Source: Rhynchobatus australiae (Eukaryota). From it: 63,971 nt of DNA. Shown here piece by piece: positions 38,791 through 51,750 of this stretch (position 1 is its first letter; every line of letters starts with the position of its first letter). Location of the stretch: positions 22,666,242 to 22,730,212 of the forward strand of contig JAUZTB010000066.1 of NCBI GenBank assembly GCA_034780895.1, in the 5' to 3' direction. The notes below the pieces were generated by a model. It did not search any database and was not told the origin of the DNA. It saw only the letters and a list, made by a program, of their open reading frames with translations. Made by a program: the position numbers and the translations under genes.

Positions 38791-41700
38791 GGCAACATGA
38801 TACTGCAATTTCCACATTAACTGCTTTATTCAGTGTGTGTGTGTTGCAATGTGTGAATGTTGCGCTGGATGAGAGCTTTATGAGTTAATGCACTTTGTCA
38901 ACAAATCAGCCAATTGGAAATGAATGCTTATTTCACTACACTGTTTAAAAAGAAGTACCTTTGATCTTATTTAGACTAGCACATAGATTTCAAATCAAGC
39001 AGATGTGTTTACAATCAGTTGGTTTTGTGATTTTCATTATTATCAATTCTATCCATCAATGCTAATCACCAATCGTGATACTCATAAGATGCTATTATGA
39101 TTGTTTTTTTTGGCTACAAATATTCCAATCTCCTGTAATCCCTGGTAACCGACAAGAGGCTGGGTGAGAACTGCAACTGCTGCTTTGCCAGTAAACAGAA
39201 ATAGCTCCTGTTCCTTTGTAATCTCATGACTGCATGCCGAAACTCAGGGCCCGGGGGAATAATCTGCTACTTGCCCGAACAGAAGTTGCAAATGTAGAAA
39301 AGCTCCACTGATGAAAGTAGCTGTCAAATTAGAAAATTAGAGAGACTGGAAGTTGTAATATGTATTGTTATGAGAAATAATGCAGCTTGAGTTCACACCA
39401 CCCTGACCCAGCTCCATCCATCTTTCTCAGTTTGCATTTTAATTGGCTTCTAGTTACGTTTTTAAAACATTGGGAGACTGCTGACATACACAGTGTAATG
39501 GCATCTGAATAATTGATGGTGCTGGCTGGGACGGGGTTTTGCATGCTTGCACTGAGAGCACAGTGGAAGAATACAGTAAGATATTGCAAGTCAGGATTAA
39601 ATGGTTCTACACAACAAATCTATTGAGTGGGTTTGCAGAGCAAAAACACCGCCTTTTTAAATGTTGTCAGCAATGTCCTGAATGATTCTTTCAAAAGCCT
39701 GGCGTATATTGCGATTGATTTCTATTGAAGCCAAGTTGATCTTTCTAATTAAAATGTTGGGGAAAGTAAACCACAGCGAGTGTCATTCCATCCATTTATT
39801 ACTCTAGATTTTTCCATGTTTTTTTTATAGTTAGTTCCAGTAGATTTCCCCTTGGAAAGAAAAAGCTGAAGCATTTTGTTCATTCTCAGACGCCAATTCC
39901 CTTTGGATTACTCGGTGCCAGGGGAGAAGTTATATTTATAAGCAGATTTCGAGCCAGGTAAATGTAACAAAATTCGTGTGTGGAGATGGGATTGATTTAA
40001 CTTGAATAGTTCTCTAATTTCCATTTGACCCTTTTAATGGTTGGTTATTTACATGGCAGTTTTCCTTCACCTTTGTTAGCTTTTCAGAAATAGTGCAAGA
40101 ATTCCAACCTGCAGTTTCTTGTCTCTGAGGAACTAGACCGATATGTAAAAGGCTTGTTTCGCAGTGGATCTATTTATTCATCTCTCGGAGAGTGGAGCCT
40201 TCCATTTGGTTGATCTCACTTTGGTTTGAACTGGGATCCAAACCTGTAAGACAAATCACCCCAGTTGGTATTATTGCCAATTCCAGAATGGGGTTCTATA
40301 TGAATGGTGTGAGATTAATGCAAAATCTTTCTTTCTTCTAAATAAAACCTTAAACCGATGAATGGAAGGCTAATTCTGAAACAGAGGAGAATGCACACAC
40401 ATAAATGTGCATTCTAAAGCCTATGTTGAAATATTCAGGATTGTTACATATGTGATGTTTGATAATGATGCTTGTCTCAAAGCTACCACCACCACCACCA
40501 CAATGATTATGTGGCAAATCAAATTCAGAACAACAATGTCATAAAGTGCCTCCATTTCATTTGTTCTCTATTCTGGGATTCACAACTTGCTGCCAGTTTA
40601 TTTGTACTTTTTGACGTAATTTAATTTTTTCTCCATCATCTCAGTATACCCCTGCTATATTCTACTTCAGCTTTGTTTTTAAACAATGTCCTTGCATTTA
40701 TGTGACTCGAGGAACATATGCAAAGTCCCAAAGTGAATTACAACCAGGAGAATTACAAATGTATTTGTAAATAGTTTGAGGAAGTGAAGAGGATATGAAA
40801 GCTCCCACAAGTAGTCCTGGTATTAGTCAGTGACCAAGGGGGGAGAGAATAAATGTGCCAAAATATGAATGTGTACACCTAACCCAAAGTTTAATAGAAT
40901 TTAGTGGAAAACTAAGCAATCTTTTTCCATACTACATCAAGTAAGCTGTTTTTTTCCTCTTTCACAATGCCTTCCAAATCTTCATCCATGTCTCAGGTAA
41001 CCCCAACACTCCTTTTTAAAAACTGTTAGCAGACTGGCACATTTAGTCCTCAAGCATTACCCCCATTTTGAATGGTCATTGAACGATAATGATGGGAAAG
41101 TGGCCAATTTCATCATTCTTTCTTTTGATCCCCTTTATAAGATATTCTTCTCTCTAAGCTGCCGTGGGCTTTAAGTATGTTGCATTACCTGGCTACTTGT
41201 CATCTAAAGGGAAGCTTACAATGAGAGCATGTTTCTTGTCACAAGATTGCAAAGAAATTGACGAATATTGATTCTAACAGTATGCAGAGTTAGTCACTGC
41301 ACTTAGGGTCAATGGGTGCCCTTCTTACAGTGCCCCATTTCTAAGAGGGCTCATGACATGTCAGAGCATTTCAGTTCAGAGACTTGTGGATGATGGTGCT
41401 TAACTGTTCATTGCAAACTCTAGTGATTGTTTCCAGTAGGATTCTGCACCAGTAGGATTTTCTATACCCCTCTAATCATTGTTGCCATAGCAATGTCAAT
41501 TAGTGTTAAATAAGACAACATTGCTTTGGGTCTTCAGTCCCTGAGAAATGGATTGATTCTGCTAAACACTGGTGATCAGACATTCATCACATCAGTATGG
41601 ATATGGCTTCACTGATGTTGAAGTTTATCTGTTTATTGATGCTTCTGCAGCCAGGATTTGTGTGCATGTCTGGTCATTAAAACCAACACTTCTGAGATCA

Positions 41701-42277
41701 AAATTGACAAAGATGCTGCCATCTTTTCTGTTGTCAATTTCCGTTATGGATCCCAATGTCTGCAGTTCTCATCACTTACACAACTTAAATATTTCTTGCA
41801 CTAAATGAGAAACAAATTATTTCCATCTTAGCTTTATATAAATGATGTGTAAGGTCCTGTTTTCTTATTTGATCTCTCTATACTGAGTGTTATATTTAAT
41901 ATGAAACTGTCAAAATTCCAAGTTTATTTTCACTCTAACATGCAATAATTGATGACTGTTCACCCATTCATTCCAATGTAGATAGTTGGAGATAAATAGA
42001 GAGAGTTAGAACACCAACTGTAAATTTATCTAGAAAGTCTGGATAGAAAGTCTCGTTTTTATGTTGTGGAGGAGGGGTGGGAGAGCAAGGATTTGTTGGT
42101 GACAGGGTGGTTGTTGGTGGGATTTATTAGGATGCTTCAATTCAGGATTCAGCTTGCCCTTTGGCACTATTGATGTGCACTATAGGGAAGTAGAAGAAAG
42201 TATTTCGATGCAACTTGTATTGCAACTTCAAGGCACCTCAAACCACTTCATTGTCAATTAGTTCCCTTTGAAGTGAA

Positions 42278-42334
42278 AATAGAAAAGGCTAGAAATACTT
42301 AACAAAGCAGGCAAAAATCTATGGAGAGAAGAAT
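42278..42334 (-). mobile_element. Terminal pseudo-LTR piece of the Penelope element interrupted by CR1
   Basis: gctagaaatacttaacaaagcaggcaaaaatctatggagagaagaatagag resembles the left arms at 21100-21150 and 49960-50005. Confidence 0.6.
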
Positions 42335-44896
42335 AGAGTCATAGAGTACAACAGCACAGAAACAGGCCCTTTGGTCCATCTAGTCCATGCCGACCTATCT
42401 TCGGCCTAGCCTCATTTACCTGCACTTAGACTATACCCCTCCAAACCCCTCCCATCCATGTACTGTACCTATCCAAACTTCTCTAAAATGTTACAATATG
42501 GTAGATAAGCATATGGAGGAACTTAAAATAGAGGGATATGTGGGAGGAAGGGGTTAGATAGTCTTAGACGAGGCTTAAAGGTCAGCACAACATTTTGGGC
42601 CGAAGGGCCTGTATTGTGCTGTACTGTTCTATGGTTCTATGAACCTGCATCTACTACTTCCATTCCACACTCACACTGCCCTCTGAATGAAGAAGTTTCC
42701 CCTCAGATTCCCCTTATATATTTCACCTTTCCCTCCAAACCTGTGTCCTCTAGTTCTAGTCTCATCCAACCTCGGGAAAAAGCCTGCAGACATTCAGCCC
42801 ATCTATACCCTTCATAATTTTGTATACCTCTATAAGATCTTGCCTCATTCTTCTGCATTCCAGGGAATAAAGTTCTAACCTATTCAGCCTTTCCCGATAA
42901 CTCAGGTCCTCAAGTCCTGGTAACATCCTTGTCAATTTTCTCTGCACTCTTTCAAGTTTAATGATATCTTTCCTGTAGGTAGGGGACCAGAACTGCACAC
43001 AATACTTTAAATTCGGCCTCACCAATGTATTCTACAACTTCAATGTAACATCCCAACTCCTGTAATCAGTGCCCTGATTNNNNNNNNNNNNNNNNNNNNN
43101 NNNNNNNNNNNNNNNNNNNNNNNNNNNNNNNNNNNNNNNNNNNNNNNNNNNNACCTGTATTCCCAGGTCCCTCTGTTTTACCGTGCACACCTCAGAGGCC
43201 TACCATTTACTGTGCAAGTCCTACCCTGGTTTGTCCTCCCAAAGTGCAACACTCATACTTGTCTGCATTAAATTCCATCAGCCATTTTTCAGCCCATTTT
43301 CCCAGCTGATCCAGATCACTCTGCAAGCTTTGATAGCCTTCCTTGCTGTCCCCCACGCCCCCAATCTTGGTGTCATCTGCAAATTTGCTGATCCAGTTTA
43401 CCAGATTATCATCTAAATTATTTATATAGATGACAAACAACAACAGACCCAACACCAATCCCAGCAGCACATCACGAGTTACAGACCTTCTGTGAGAGAG
43501 AAATCCACCTACTACCACTCCCTGGCTTCTCCCGCTAAGCCAAAGTTGAATCCAATTGGCTACTTCATCCTGAATGCCAAGCGACTTAACCTTCTGAACC
43601 AGCTTCACATGCCGGACTTCGTCAAAGACTTTGCAAAAATCCATGTAGACAACGTCCACCGCCTTTCCCTCACCGACTCTATAAGATTGGTTAGACATGA
43701 CCTACCATACACAAAGCCATGTTGACTATCCCTAATCAGGCCCTGTCTAGCCAAATACTTTTATATGTTGTCCCTTAGAATGCCTTCCAATAATTTACCC
43801 ACAACTGACGTCAGGCTCACCAGCCTATAATTTCCCATCTTATTCTCAGAGCCTTTCTTGAACAACGCAACAACATTAGCTATCCTCCAGTTCTCCAGCA
43901 CCTCACCTAAGGCTAAGGATATTTTAAATGTCCCTGCCAGGGCCCTTGCAATTTCTGCACTAGCCTCCCACAAGGTCCGAGGGAACACCTTATCAGGCCC
44001 TGGGGATTTATCCACTTTAATTCGCCTCAAGACAGCTAGCACCTCCTCTTCCGTAATCCGGATACAATCCATGACTTCACAACACTTTTGCCTCAGTTCT
44101 ATAGTCTCTGTCGCCAGAGTAAATACAGATGCAAAAAATTCACTTATGATCTCTCTCATCTCTCTCAGCTCCATGCATAGATGACCATACTGATCTTCAA
44201 GAGGACCAATTTTGTCCCTTGCTCTTAATATAGCTGTAGAAACCCTTGGGATTCTTTTTCACCCTGTCTGCCAGAGCAACCTCATATCCTCTTTTTGCCC
44301 TCCTGATTTCTCTCTTAAATGTTCTCTTGTATTTCTTATACTCCTCAAGTGCTTCATTTGATCCTAACTGCCTATACCTTGTATCTGCCACCTTTTTCTT
44401 TACCAGGGCCTCAATATCCCTTGATAACCCAAGATTCCTTAAACCTGCTAGCCATGCCTTTTATTCTAAGAACATACAGATTCTGTACACTCAATATTTC
44501 ACCTTTGTAGGCCTCCCTCTCACCAAGCATCTCTTTGCCAGAAAACAGCATATCCCAATCCACATCTGCCAGATCCCTTCTGATGCCATCAAAAGTGGCC
44601 TTACTCCAATTTAGAATATCAACCTGAGGATCAGTCCTATTCTTCTCCATAATTATCCTTAATGGAATTAATGGAATATTAATGGAATTATTATCATCAG
44701 ATCCAAAGTGTTCCCTGACACACACTTCTGTCATCTACCCTGTCTTGTTCCCTAAGAGGAGATCTAGTATCATGCTCTCTCTAGTTGGGACCTTTACATA
44801 TTGATTAAGGAAACTTTCCTGAACACATTTGACAAACTCTATCCCATGGAATCCCTTTACAGTATGGGAATCCTGGTCATTATGTGGAAAGTTAAA
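42335..44896 (-). mobile_element. CR1/HER1-type LINE, 5'-truncated ORF2 pseudogene (endonuclease + reverse transcriptase) and 3' UTR
   Basis: ORF-track peptides include KSPGPDKVFPRTL..NYRLVSLTSVVGKLLE, VDVVYMDF..LFVIYINNLD..KFADDTKIG and VRPNLKYCVQFWSP..LERVQR. Near 44780-44896 the strand reads FNFP..FLNQYVKVPTRE..ILDLLLGN. Frameshifts and an internal deletion near 43690. Confidence 0.95.
42498..42640 (+). mobile_element. CR1 3'-tail fragment inserted antisense into the larger CR1
   Basis: ggtcagcacaacattttgggccgaagggcctgtattgtgctgtactgttctatggttctatg is like the tail at 30395-30453. The host sequence resumes at gaacctgcatc. Confidence 0.85.
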
Positions 44897-45378
44897 AGGG
44901 TGAAAGTGCAACAAAGTAATAAAAGCCGAGGCAAGGGGTAAGTCCAGAGCTAAAATACCAAAAGAATTTGGAAGGAATGCTGGAAAGCTGGAATAAAAAA
45001 GCTGGAATGTTGAATATAGTGGGGTCTAGGTTACTGGAATGTGCCCAGTCGGTGACTGTCCTTTGAGCTGACGTTAAGCTTTGTCGGAATAATATCAGAG
45101 GCCAAAGACAGGACGCTGCAATCTGGTGTGGGCTGGAGGATTACATTGACGAGCGAGTGGAAGTTCGGGGTCACATTTGTAGAATGAACAGAGAAGTTGC
45201 ACAAATTAATAACCCTGTTGGCATTTGGTCTCCCAATGTACGCCAGGCTGTACTGTGATCTGAACGTTAGCTCTGCCAGACTTGTCATGAAGACTGTCTG
45301 ACTTACAGATTTATTACAGCAATTTTGATTTTACTTTTTCAATGTTTTATAGATTTCTAGCATCTGCGATATTTTGAG
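44897..45378 (-). mobile_element. Penelope-like element remnant with GIY-YIG endonuclease pseudogene
   Basis: The minus strand reads RSQYSLAYIG, then after a 1-nt frameshift ETKCQQGY*FVQLLCSFYKCDPELPLARQCNPPAH..VFGL*..RLGTFQ. This matches the PLE pattern YIGETxRxLxxRFxEH..PVAxHFN..RLGTLQP. An inverted pseudo-LTR tail (gatttctagcatctgc) lies at ~45290-45378. Confidence 0.8.
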
Positions 45379-45937
45379 GTGAGATCAATGAACTGGTTAT
45401 TTATCTTTGAGCCAGAAGTCTGATCATCAAACATTGGACTGGTCCTGGACTGTGTGCTTAAACCTTAATGTGATTTAAACTTGCTACCTCATGCAGTTGA
45501 TCCATCAAAAAAAGGCAAGCTATCACTGTATTTGTACATATCATTGCTTTTCATTGTTAGTGTTATGTGTGGAAACAATTGAAACATTGAACAGACAGGC
45601 CTGCATTATGTTTCACTAATGTTAACTTGTTTACTTTACTGATAGGACCAGATAGCAAGTACATATATCCTTAAATTAGTTGATGTCATATGGGACCTGT
45701 AAATAAATAAATAAAGACTCTCTCTCAGGCGCCAGCATTCTCTAACTGCATAGCTAATGTCAATTAAGAGCTCGAAGTCTTATCTGCCACAACTACTGGA
45801 GTTCCTAAAGATTTGGAACCAATGAGATGCTACACAACAGTGACTAAGAAATATAGGAAAATCAATTTTCAGGAGTGTACAGATCAGACAATGTCATAAG
45901 TTTGGAGAGCAACCATGAGATATTTGCATTCACAGAT

Positions 45938-46150
45938 AGTCAAGTTTATTATCAAATGCACGGTTATGGTGAAGTACAGGTGCAGTGAAAAACTTGCATC
46001 ACAGGCATGTAGATTCAGGCAACAAGACACAGAACATAAATTATACAAGACAGTGAAGAAAAAAAGACTGCAAAACATTAGTGCGAAAAAGCACAATCAG
46101 AGATGATAGTGCAAGAGGTGGTCCGTAGTGTTCCATTGCTGACGTAGAAT
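45938..46150 (-). mobile_element. LINE 3' UTR, Rex1/Babar-like
   Basis: Starts aagtttattatc..acaggtgcagtgaaaaacttg, the same architecture as 48870-48915. Confidence 0.55.
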
Positions 46151-47509
46151 AAGTCACAGAAAGTTCCAAATCAAGTCATTGATATCAAAGCCAGTAGAGA
46201 ATTTGATTTGAGATTAATGGTGAACAGGAAGTGACTGGAAGAAAGTAAAAAAAATTATTACAATCTAAGTGAGTGTTAATTATTTATTGCTGCAATCTTC
46301 ATCCATCACATGCTGATATTCGATTGTCAGTGCAGTGGTGGGTGACCTGTTGGTCATCAGCCTCACAGCCTCTGTGGGAGTCTGCAGTGTCCTGAGCAAA
46401 ACATGTTTGACTAAATCACAAAATGACAGGTTACTACATCATTTCTGAAATGCAATGCATAAGTATCAATGGCTTAGTTATATATTACCAGAATCTTTTA
46501 ATGATTACCATCTTGTACAAAAGATGAAAAAAAATCCAAAATTTTCTTTTGCCTCACAATGAGTGGTGCCATTCCATTTAATGGTGCAATGCATTTATGG
46601 CTGTGTACAGTGCATTTGCAACTGTGTGCATTGCATTTTTTTTCTACTTCCAGTGGCAATCTCACCTTTGAATCATAAGATTATGGGTTGAATTGACTTA
46701 GAGGCTAACCAGTGCAATAGTTACAGTGCCTGGGTCTTTTAGTCCCTTTTTCTGGATTGTGCAGGGTTGGAGGTGGTCCAGTGGCTCTTCCTGCTGGTTC
46801 AGTAGATGGCCTGTAAACTGAAGGTACCATGGGTATCGCTGCAGCAGCTGAATGGACTGGTGTAGTACCTGCTATATTTCTTCTTCAACCCATGTCACTG
46901 GAACAGACAATCTTGACATTCTCATACTCTTGCTGCTTGTAGGATCTTGTTTTTTTAGTATAAATGTCTTCTCTGTTTATCTTGCTCAAGAGGTGCAATA
47001 AGCTTGATTAGAGATGTGGAAACACATTTCTGTACCTTGGGTCACTGGTGTCCTAATCTGATGAATCTAGACTATTGAACTGCTGATTCATTGAATGCCT
47101 GGTAAGAGAGTACATTATAATGAACAGTGCCTAAGCTTAGGACCTTTGCCAAGCAATGCCTTGCTGTAAGGTTCCTGAAATGACTGCACTTTTTTTTAAG
47201 TACTGTGCAGCCCCTGCAGATTGTCATTCAGTTTTTTTGCTGTGGATTTCTTCATAAAAACCCCTATAATCGTAAAGCATTGGGCACATTCTCAAATTAC
47301 TGCTGATATAAGATAGTTGATTGTATTTTTGAAGGGTTGCCTGAGATCTAAATTCCTGTGTTTGGTACCTACTGGAACTCCTTGTACCACACCAACCAAC
47401 AGGTTATGGGTTCTCAAGCTGCCCCTGCATCTGATTTTCATTGCTCTCATTCTACAGTTCATCAGGGATAACTCTAGGGGAGGATACTCCAGAACTCCCT
47501 TCTTCTCCC

Positions 47510-47645
47510 TGTAGAGAATTAAAGGTGATGGGTACTGGTAGAGAAAAGGAGATGAGGCTGGGGTAGAACAGTATGATGATATGAATGGTGGGGCAAGCTT
47601 GAGGGTCCACTTAGCCAAATTCTGCTCCTGTTTTCTAATGTTCTC
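47510..47645 (+). mobile_element. CR1 3' UTR fragment
   Basis: gaatggtggggcaagcttgaggg..ctgctcctgttttctaatgttc is complementary to the type of tail at 11099-11170. Confidence 0.6.
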
Positions 47646-48869
47646 AAATTGTTTAATGCCAGAATTTACTGAACAAACTGATTAGTTTACCATCTCAAGT
47701 GAAAGATGACTCCTCCATTAATGCAGCACTGGATTTGATGCTCAGGTACTGGTGTGCAGCTTGGATCCATGAATTTTGATTCAGTGCCACCACTGAACCA
47801 AGACGATGCTTCATATAACCTTTGTAACCTAGACAAGAACAAGAAAAATTATAAACCTGATCACCACAAGTATCCCAATAGCTTGATTTTGAAATGTTAT
47901 TTAAAACCCCTTTAAGGTGTGAGTTGACATAGTTTAATTCACCTTAAATTGAAGTCTATTGCCTTAGAAAGATCGACAATGTAATTAGCAACAACTTGCA
48001 GGGTTTGGTGCTCCAGTGAAGTTCTTGAGAATGTTTTTTTCTGTACACTCTACTTTGTATACCCCAGAAAGAGAGCTGGAATCATGTGTTAATAAGATTT
48101 TTGCATTTTATTTTGTGTGTCTTTGGAATGCCAGGAACTAAAATGAAAGATGCTTTTTCTTTATCCACTTCTAAATGAAGGCCTGGAAAACAGCTTCCAG
48201 TAGCACCAGCCCAGATTGATTGATCTGGAAATTAGTCAAGGATTCTCTTTTAGGCTGTAATTGAATTATACATGGTCAAGGCATTAATAGGTGCACTCTA
48301 CATGGAGCCCAGACAATATGTAAACACTTGCTCGTTAACATTCTAAGTAATAATCCCAACTATTGTTTTGTTAATTGTGCATAATTTGCAGCACCAATTA
48401 AGAAGCCTTTTAGGATGGAAAAGGACCAGGGAGTTCTTTTGTTCTTTTCATTTCTTCCATGAGATCAGAACTCTGTGGATGAACTAGATTTGCCGTGTTC
48501 TACAACATTGCATTTAAAAGTCCTTCAGATGCTTGATGATGAAATATTTTCAGTCAGGTGACATTAAGAAATAGGAAAATTGATGAACATCCTTTAAATT
48601 TCCATCTAATTTTCATTAAATTACTCAGAGGTTAATTGTTAATTCTGATCATCCACTGAATGGCACATATCAAGATGTCAGATTTGGATCACTGAAAGTC
48701 AGCCTGCCGTGTAAACTATTCTTCTTATCATTAACATAGGCGAAACAGTGAGAGAAGATCCTGAGTTGTAATGTCATAGCCTTCCTGTTGTTGATGATTA
48801 ATACGAAATATAATTAAGTCATCTGATGCCAATCCCATTTACTCCTGTAGTCACCTTCTTTCTTTGGTA

Positions 48870-49260
48870 ATTAGTTTATTAATGTCACATACTGAGACAC
48901 AGTGAAAAACTTTCATTTGTGTGCCATCCAGGCAGATTGTTCCATATGTAAGTACATCAAAGTACCACAAAAGGAAAAAAAAAATGAATGCAGAATATAG
49001 TGCAGTGCAGGTAGACAAATAAAATGCAAGGGCCATGATGAGGAAGATTGAGAAATCAGAAGTCTTGAAACATTAGTATAAAAGCTGTCCTCGAGCCTGG
49101 TGGTACCTCTTCTTTAGCTTTTGTATCTTCTGCCCGATGGGGTGGGGGGGGGTGGTGGAAGAGAGGATGACCAGGATGAGAGGGGCCTTGATTATGTTGG
49201 CTGCTTTGCCGAGGCAGCAGGAAGTGTAGATGGAGTCATTAACGGGGAAGCTGGTTTCAT
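48870..49260 (-). mobile_element. Rex1/Babar-clade LINE 3' end
   Basis: Peptide SFPVNDSIYTSCCLGKAANIIKAP resembles the recalled Rex1 C-terminus LPSIxSIYTSRCLxKAxxIIKDPSHP. A 3' UTR with aataaa follows. Confidence 0.75.
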
Positions 49261-49948
49261 TTAGTTTGTAAATACAACCAGCACCATCACTTTTATATTC
49301 CTTTACCTTGTTATTATTTCTGCAGGACTTCTTCACTCATGAACACAATTGTGCATCTTTACAGTGTATCTTTGTATCTTTACAGTGCTCCTGGCTTGTG
49401 CATTCCCTTATTACCCCATGCATGCAAATATATATTTTTTTGCATTTCTGATATGAAACGAAAGGTAGGGCCAGTCTTCCCCTCCAGGTACTATTTGGGT
49501 GCTGAACAAAGATAGTGTGCTCGAGGAAGCAGTTCACGATTTCTGTAACTTGACCTGGGAGGCCTTCGACTGTGAAGGGGCAAATGGTCCTGAGGCTGAA
49601 TGATTAGGCTGAGTCATGGAAGGAATGATGTAGAAAATGTACCAAAAGGCTAAGGAAATCCGTGGGATGTTCCTAGATCCTTCCAAGATCTTTCCTCAAT
49701 TCCTCTGAGGACCCAATGGATAAAGTCAGAAACAGAGAGGCAGTCGGGAATGTTTCCTCCAGCTCATTTACAGCCCTTGTGTGAAATTGGTTGCAATCAG
49801 AAGTCTTGGGGTAAAATATCTGGGGCAGAAACATGATACTATGGTTTCTCTGCTCATTTCTTCTGCTGGCCTAAGAAATGCTTAATGTACAGAAACAATG
49901 AAGAGAAAATGAAACACTTTTAATCAATGTTGGATGTTCCTCATTGTT

Positions 49949-50106
49949 AGCAACACACACAAAATGCTAGAGGAACTCAGCAGGTCAGCAGCATCTATGG
50001 AGGGAAATAAACTGTCGATGTTTCGGTTTGAGACCTTTCATCAGGGCTCCAGCATTTTGTGTGTGTTGCTCCAGACTCCAGCATCTTCAGAATTTCTTGT
50101 GTCTCC
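49949..50106. mobile_element. Inverted Penelope pseudo-LTR mini-element with hammerhead core
   Basis: 24-bp inverted repeats (49949-49972 and 50047-50070, 23/24 match) enclose minus-strand CTGATGA-aaggtctcaaacc-GAAA-CATC (50017-50044). Confidence 0.8.
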
Positions 50107-50334
50107 ATTCTACTTTGTTACATTTGTTTGTTACATTTGTTTGAATGGTCTCATCCTCTTCAGTCCATTGTGCATTGTAAGATATGAAGTTAAAGATGTG
50201 TCAGCAATACCTGTGAAGATAAGTTTGTATTCTGTTTACCTCTTGTAATCGGCTTATCATAGTCAATCCGCTGGGCAGTTGGAAGTGTACATCAGCTGGA
50301 TGCTGTGTGCTGAAGAACTTGTATCATTCCATGG

Positions 50335-51750
50335 GTTAAAAAACTTTCAATAAGATTGTAGCTGATCTGATACTGACCTCAACATCATTTTTCCACCTTC
50401 TCCCCATTTCCCTTGACTCTCTTGTACTTTAAATGTCAATTTTTGCCTTGAATATATTCAATGATTCCACTCCGCAGATCTCTGGGGTACGGATTTCCAA
50501 AAATTCACTCCTTATCTCTATCTTAAATTCAGACCCCTTATTCTGAAACCATGTCCTCCATTCAAGGTACCCCCACTGGACAAAACATCCTCTTAGCATT
50601 CACCCTGCAAATCTTAGTGTTTCTAGTTGATTTCTTCTCAATTGCAATGACTATAGGCCCAACTGTGCAAACTTTACTCAAGTTTCAACCCCTTCATCCC
50701 AGTCATCAACCTAGTGAACATTCTCTGCAGAGCCTCCTTCTGAAATACCAAAACTGTATACCGTCCTCCAACTGTGTCGAAGCTTCTTTACATTTATACT
50801 CCATATTCCTTGTAATGAAGGCCGACATGCCACTTGTATTTTTCGTTACTTGCTGTGCCTGCATGCAAACTTTTTATGTTTTATGTGCTAGGACTTCCTG
50901 ATCCCTTGGTACCTCAGCATTTTGTGGTCTCGCTCTGTTTAAATAATCAATTTGAAGTTATACAACCTATTATTTGAATTAAGACACTAACTAAAGTTAT
51001 AGCATCAGGTTAGTTTTAAGCGTCTCCTTTGTCACATAATTCATGGTAATATATTCATTTGTGCTTTTTCATTCTTTCTTCTAAGTGGATGACCTCAAAT
51101 CTTTCCCACATACTCCACCAACCAATGTTTTCCCACCTATTTAACCTATCTCTATTTCTTTGCAAGGTCTTTGGGTTCTCCTTGCAACTTGCTGAGCCAC
51201 CTATCAGCAAATTTGTATGATCAGCAAATTTGGAAACAGTTCACTCAGTTCTTTCATGCCATCATTAATACAGATTATAAACAGTTGAGGCCTCAGCATT
51301 GATCCCTGTGGCACTGCACCAATTACTGACTGCCAATTCAATTATTTATCTCAACGCTACATTAGCAACTCCCCAAACAAAGCCAAATTACTATCCCCAA
51401 CTTGTGTATTCTTGTGCAGTAGCCTAATTGAATGCCTTCTGGAAAGCCAAATACACTACATCTACCAGGTCCTCTCTTTTCACTCTGTATGTTATATCCT
51501 CAAAGAACTCTCGCATCTTTGTGAAACATGATTTTCTTTTCATAAAACTATGTTGTCTCTGCACTTTCTAAGTGTCCTGCTATTACCTCCTTAATAATTG
51601 GTTTGAGGATTCTCTGAATGACAGATATTAGGCTAACTGGCCTGTAGATTTCTGGTTTCTATCTTCATCCTTCTATGGACAGTGGTGTTACAGTTGTGGT
51701 TTTCCAATCCTCTGGAAATTCTCAGAAATCCAAGGAATTTTGATAAATCA
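50335..51750 (-). mobile_element. CR1-type LINE, degenerate
   Basis: Collinear with 11160-12560: gccttgaatatattca, gacccttattctgaaac, gagg..cagcattgatccct, gaatgccttctggaaagccaaatacactacat. Confidence 0.8.

Noticed and set aside
40388-40415. 10-bp hairpin (also the 9-bp hairpin at 4899-4919 and 14-bp palindromes near 9755 and 60650)
   Set aside because: Expected by chance in 64 kb of AT-rich DNA.
44660-44690. Short tandem taatggaat x3
   Set aside because: Slippage duplication inside a dead CR1; not CRISPR-like, and the window is eukaryotic.
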